Of a stretch of DNA of 64,000 nucleotides, positions 63,901 to 64,000 are shown one piece after another. The stretch comes from Octopus sinensis (Eukaryota): contig NC_042997.1 in the NCBI RefSeq assembly GCF_006345805.1, forward strand, positions 154,070,001 to 154,134,000, written 5' to 3'. The notes under the pieces are model-generated. The model saw nothing but the letters and a program-made list of their open reading frames with translations, ran no database searches and was not told where the DNA came from. Every line of letters starts with the position of its first letter. The first letter of the stretch is position 1. Position numbers and translations under genes: made by a program.

Positions 63901-64000
63901 CCTCCTTCTTCCCTTCCTTCCTGAACGTCCACTAATACTATACTTGTTCCACGTCCTCGCGTTGTTGTGTTTTCTCTTTGTGTTTTCATGTTTGGATTAA

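Overview
AT-rich, repeat-dense eukaryotic DNA. It is most likely from an octopus/cephalopod (inferred from the SINE families, (TA)n/(TACA)n/(TAA)n microsatellites and metazoan genes). I could assemble two convergent host genes by hand. On + is UBXN6 (CDS join 4473..4689, 7838..8937; 438 aa; VIM, PUB and UBX domains). On - is an SLC38A7-like lysosomal amino-acid transporter (8 frame-consistent exons over 21391..37608, tentative 5' exons up to ~41.5 kb, and paired CLEAR/M-box motifs). The rest is mobile DNA: two tRNA-headed SINE families, RTE LINE fragments (one family has a PHD-like finger inside the RT), two R4/Dong-like RLE retrotransposons in (TAA)n tracts, and a near-intact CR1-group LINE (~56-61 kb). 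That LINE's ORF1 combines a Myb/SANT-like domain and a CCCH finger, and its 3' tail matches the commonest SINE. There are also nested mariner copies, Tigger and Chapaev-like relics, piggyBac/hAT-type MITEs, and four short Penelope-type elements carrying hammerhead-ribozyme motifs. Most of the short ORFs in the track are spurious. Family names come from motif recognition only; no database search was run.
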